Positions 61,395 to 64,000 of a DNA stretch of 64,000 nt are shown in pieces (within the stretch, counting starts at the first letter, position 1; each line of letters begins with the position of its first letter). A program made the position numbers and the translations under genes. Origin of the DNA: an uncultured Gammaproteobacteria bacterium (GTDB lineage Bacteria > Pseudomonadota > Gammaproteobacteria > JABCZS01); contig CAWKDC010000001.1 in NCBI GenBank assembly GCA_963848305.1, forward strand, positions 1,344,001-1,408,000. Direction: 5' to 3'. The notes beneath the pieces are model-generated. The model searched no databases. It had not been told where the DNA came from and was given only the letters and a program-made list of their open reading frames with translations.

Positions 61395-62408
61395 ATGACG
61401 ATTCGCATTGCTATTAATGGATATGGACGGATTGGACGCAGTGTGTTACGTGCACTGTATGAAAGCAAGCAGCGTGATACCTTTGAAATTGTCGCTATCA
61501 ATAACACAGGCAATATTGAAGTGTTGGCGCATCTCACGCGTCACGATACTGTTCATGGCCTTTTTCCTGCGGATGTTAAAGTAGATGGACACCATCTTGT
61601 CGTGAATGGCGATCGCATTCCCGTTTTTGCAGATCGCGACGCAAGCAAATTGCCGTGGGCCGCACACAATGTTGATGTGGTGTTGGATTGCACAGGCCAT
61701 TACACAAGCCAAGAAAAAGCGTCCTCTCATTTGCATGCGGGTGCAAAAAAAGTATTGATTTCCTCACCAGCATCAGGCCCTGTTGATGCGACGATTGTGT
61801 ACGGCGTGAATCACCATACCTTAAAATCTTCTGATAAAATTGTGTCAAATGCTTCATGCACCACAAATTGTTTAGCACCGCTCGCAAAAGCGTTGCACGA
61901 AGGGCTTGGCATTGAGCAAGGCTTGATGACGACGATTCATGCTTATACAAATGATCAAGTATTGATTGATGCGTATCATTCAGACATGCATCGCGCACGC
62001 GCTGCCACGCACAGCATGATCCCCACCAAAACAGGCGCAGCGGCAGCGATCGGTTTAGTGTTGCCCGAACTAAAAGGCAAAATGGATGGCTTTGCGATGC
62101 GAGTCCCGGTGATTAACGTTTCTGTGGTTGATTTAACCTTTACTGCATCACGTCATACCAATGTGGATGAGGTGAATAATATTGTGACAAAAGCATCCGA
62201 GTCGGGTCCATTGAAAAATATATTGACGGTGAATCGCTTGCCCCTGGTATCGGTCGATTTCAATCACAATCCAGCTTCTTCCATTTTTGATGCCACACAA
62301 ACAAAAGTGATTGGCAATGTGGTCAAAGTTCTGGCATGGTATGATAACGAATGGGGTTTTTCAAACCGCATGTTAGACACGGCGAAGGCCATGATGGATG
62401 CTCAGTAA
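61395..62408 (+). CDS. gap: Glyceraldehyde-3-phosphate dehydrogenase (type I)
   Basis: [30 protein letters not shown]. Confidence 0.96.
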   Translation: MTIRIAINGYGRIGRSVLRALYESKQRDTFEIVAINNTGNIEVLAHLTRHDTVHGLFPADVKVDGHHLVVNGDRIPVFADRDASKLPWAAHNVDVVLDCTGHYTSQEKASSHLHAGAKKVLISSPASGPVDATIVYGVNHHTLKSSDKIVSNASCTTNCLAPLAKALHEGLGIEQGLMTTIHAYTNDQVLIDAYHSDMHRARAATHSMIPTKTGAAAAIGLVLPELKGKMDGFAMRVPVINVSVVDLTFTASRHTNVDEVNNIVTKASESGPLKNILTVNRLPLVSVDFNHNPASSIFDATQTKVIGNVVKVLAWYDNEWGFSNRMLDTAKAMMDAQ

Positions 62409-62420
62409 CAAGGAGATAAC

Positions 62421-63612
62421 ATGACGATGCTTTTCATGCGTGATGTCGATCTGTGTGGAAAACGTGTATTGATCCGCGCTGATTTTAATGTGCCCATGGA
62501 AAATGGTGATATTAGCAACGATGCTCGGATTCGTGCTACCTTGCCGACGATTCAAAAAGCCTTAGATGCGGGTGCGTGTGTGATGTTGATGTCCCATTTA
62601 GGGCGTCCAAAAGAAGGCGTGATAGATCCTGCTCTCTCATTAGCACCGATTGCGAAACGCCTTAGTGTATTGCTTGAGCAACCGGTGACCTTGCTGGTCG
62701 ATTGGAAAGAAGGTTTCGATTGCGACCCCGGCCGTATTTTTTTACTTGAAAATATTCGTTTTAATCTTGGTGAAAAATCCAATGATGATATCCTTGCACT
62801 GCAATTAGCTTCTCTGTGCGATGTGTTTGTGATGGATGCATTTGGCAGTGCGCACCGAGCGCATGCGTCGACGTGTGGTGTTGCGCGTTATGCGCCCATT
62901 GCCTGTGCCGGCCCCTTGGTTGAAGCTGAAATTCGGGCACTTTCCCGTGCGGTTGCACATGCCAAGAAACCAGTGGTTGCGATTGTCGGTGGCTCGAAAG
63001 TGTCTTCTAAAATTTCAGTGTTGAAACATTTGTGCGACATGGTGGATGTCTTGATCGTCGGTGGTGGTATTGCCAATACTTTTTTGGTCGCACAAGGTCA
63101 CACGGTTGGGCAATCGTTATATGAATTAGATTTTGTACCAGAAGCGAAAGCGGTGATCGCATTGTGTCAAGAGCGCGGTGTGGCGTTACCCTTGCCCATC
63201 GATGTGCGGGTGGGCGATCGCTTTTCGTCAGAAGCGGTGGCCAGTGTGCGTTCTGTGAATGCTGTGGGTGAGCATGAATTGATTTTGGATATTGGGCCTG
63301 AGACCATGAAAACATACTTGCCCTTCATCCAACAAGCGAATACAATTATTTGGAACGGCCGTGGGTGTGTTCGAGATGCCGCAATTTTCAGAAGGCACAC
63401 GTGAGATGGCGCAAGCAATTGCGAACAGTCATGCATTCACGTTGGCAGGTGGCGGAGATACGGTGGCCGCGATCGATCTTTTTGGTATTCAAGATAAAAT
63501 ATCTTACATCTCAACAGGCGGCGGTGCTTTCTTAGAGTTTTTAGAAGGTAAAATACTGCCCAGTTTACAGGTTTTGGAAGAGCGGTATGATGCATTGCCA
63601 CATACATTGTAG
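62421..63612 (+). CDS. pgk: Phosphoglycerate kinase; -2 indel at ~63358
   Basis: [35 protein letters not shown][GP][18 protein letters not shown]. Confidence 0.95.
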
Positions 63613-63646
63613 GGGCGGGTATTCCCGCCCGTGCGCCGTAGGCGCG
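63609..63646. repeat. GTAG-type REP-like element
   Basis: 38 nt identical to 2991-3028. Confidence 0.8.
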
Positions 63647-63678
63647 GGGTTTTAATTTTCTCACACAAGGGAATAAAC

Positions 63679-64000
63679 ATGATCATATCTTTAAGACAAC
63701 TTCTCGATCACGCTGCAGAGCACGGTTATGGTATTCCAGCATTCAATGTCAATAATTTGGAACAAATGCGCGCGATGATGATGGCTGCGCACGACACCAA
63801 CAGTCCCGTGATTGTCCAAGCTTCAGCAGGTGCACGCAAATATGCCGGGCGCTTCATTTTTGCGTCATTTGATTTTAGCCGCGATAGAAGAATGGCCTCA
63901 TATCCCCGTTTGCATGCATCAAGATCATGGTTTTTCACCAGCAGTGTGTCAACGTTCGATTCAATTCGGTTTCAGTTCTGTGATGATGGATGGTTCCCTC
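63679..64000 (+). CDS. fba: Class II fructose-bisphosphate aldolase (5' part, runs off the window; +1 indel at ~63848)
   Basis: [29 protein letters not shown]...[11 protein letters not shown], then PVCMHQDHG and [10 protein letters not shown] in the shifted frame. Confidence 0.9.
   Translation, partial: MIISLRQLLDHAAEHGYGIPAFNVNNLEQMRAMMMAAHDTNSPVIVQASAGARKYAGRFIFASFDFSRDRRMASYPRLHASRSWFFTSSVSTFDSIRFQFCDDGWFP

Overview
Chromosomal segment of a Gammaproteobacterium. The gene complement and the many orphan membrane or low-complexity proteins suggest a Legionellales/Coxiellales-like host-associated lineage (inference). The housekeeping backbone is cca, rnpB, PPi-type pfk, mpl, nnrD-tsaE-amiB-mutL-miaA, parE-parC, epmB-efp-epmA, uvrD, zapE, polA, rlmJ, engB, cytochrome c4, dsbA, desA and tkt-gap-pgk-fba. 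It is interrupted by (i) a ~14-kb AT-rich type VI secretion cluster (vgrG, tssJKLM, tagF, tssBC, hcp, tssEFG) with no tssA, clpV, PAAR or effector-immunity genes, (ii) six orphan effector-like genes, including an 8-TM paralog pair and a 4-TM paralog pair, four of them with their own sigma70-like promoters, (iii) toxin-antitoxin modules (AbiEi/AbiEii, a non-canonical Fic, and a deleted Fic facing an unannotated antitoxin-like ORF), and (iv) several REP-like palindrome families, a 60-bp tandem array and a 6S-like long hairpin. Many genes, including essential ones, are split by 1-2 nt indels. Most of these fall on GGNCC (often Gly-Pro) sites, which points to long-read basecalling errors caused by a DNA modification rather than real pseudogenes.
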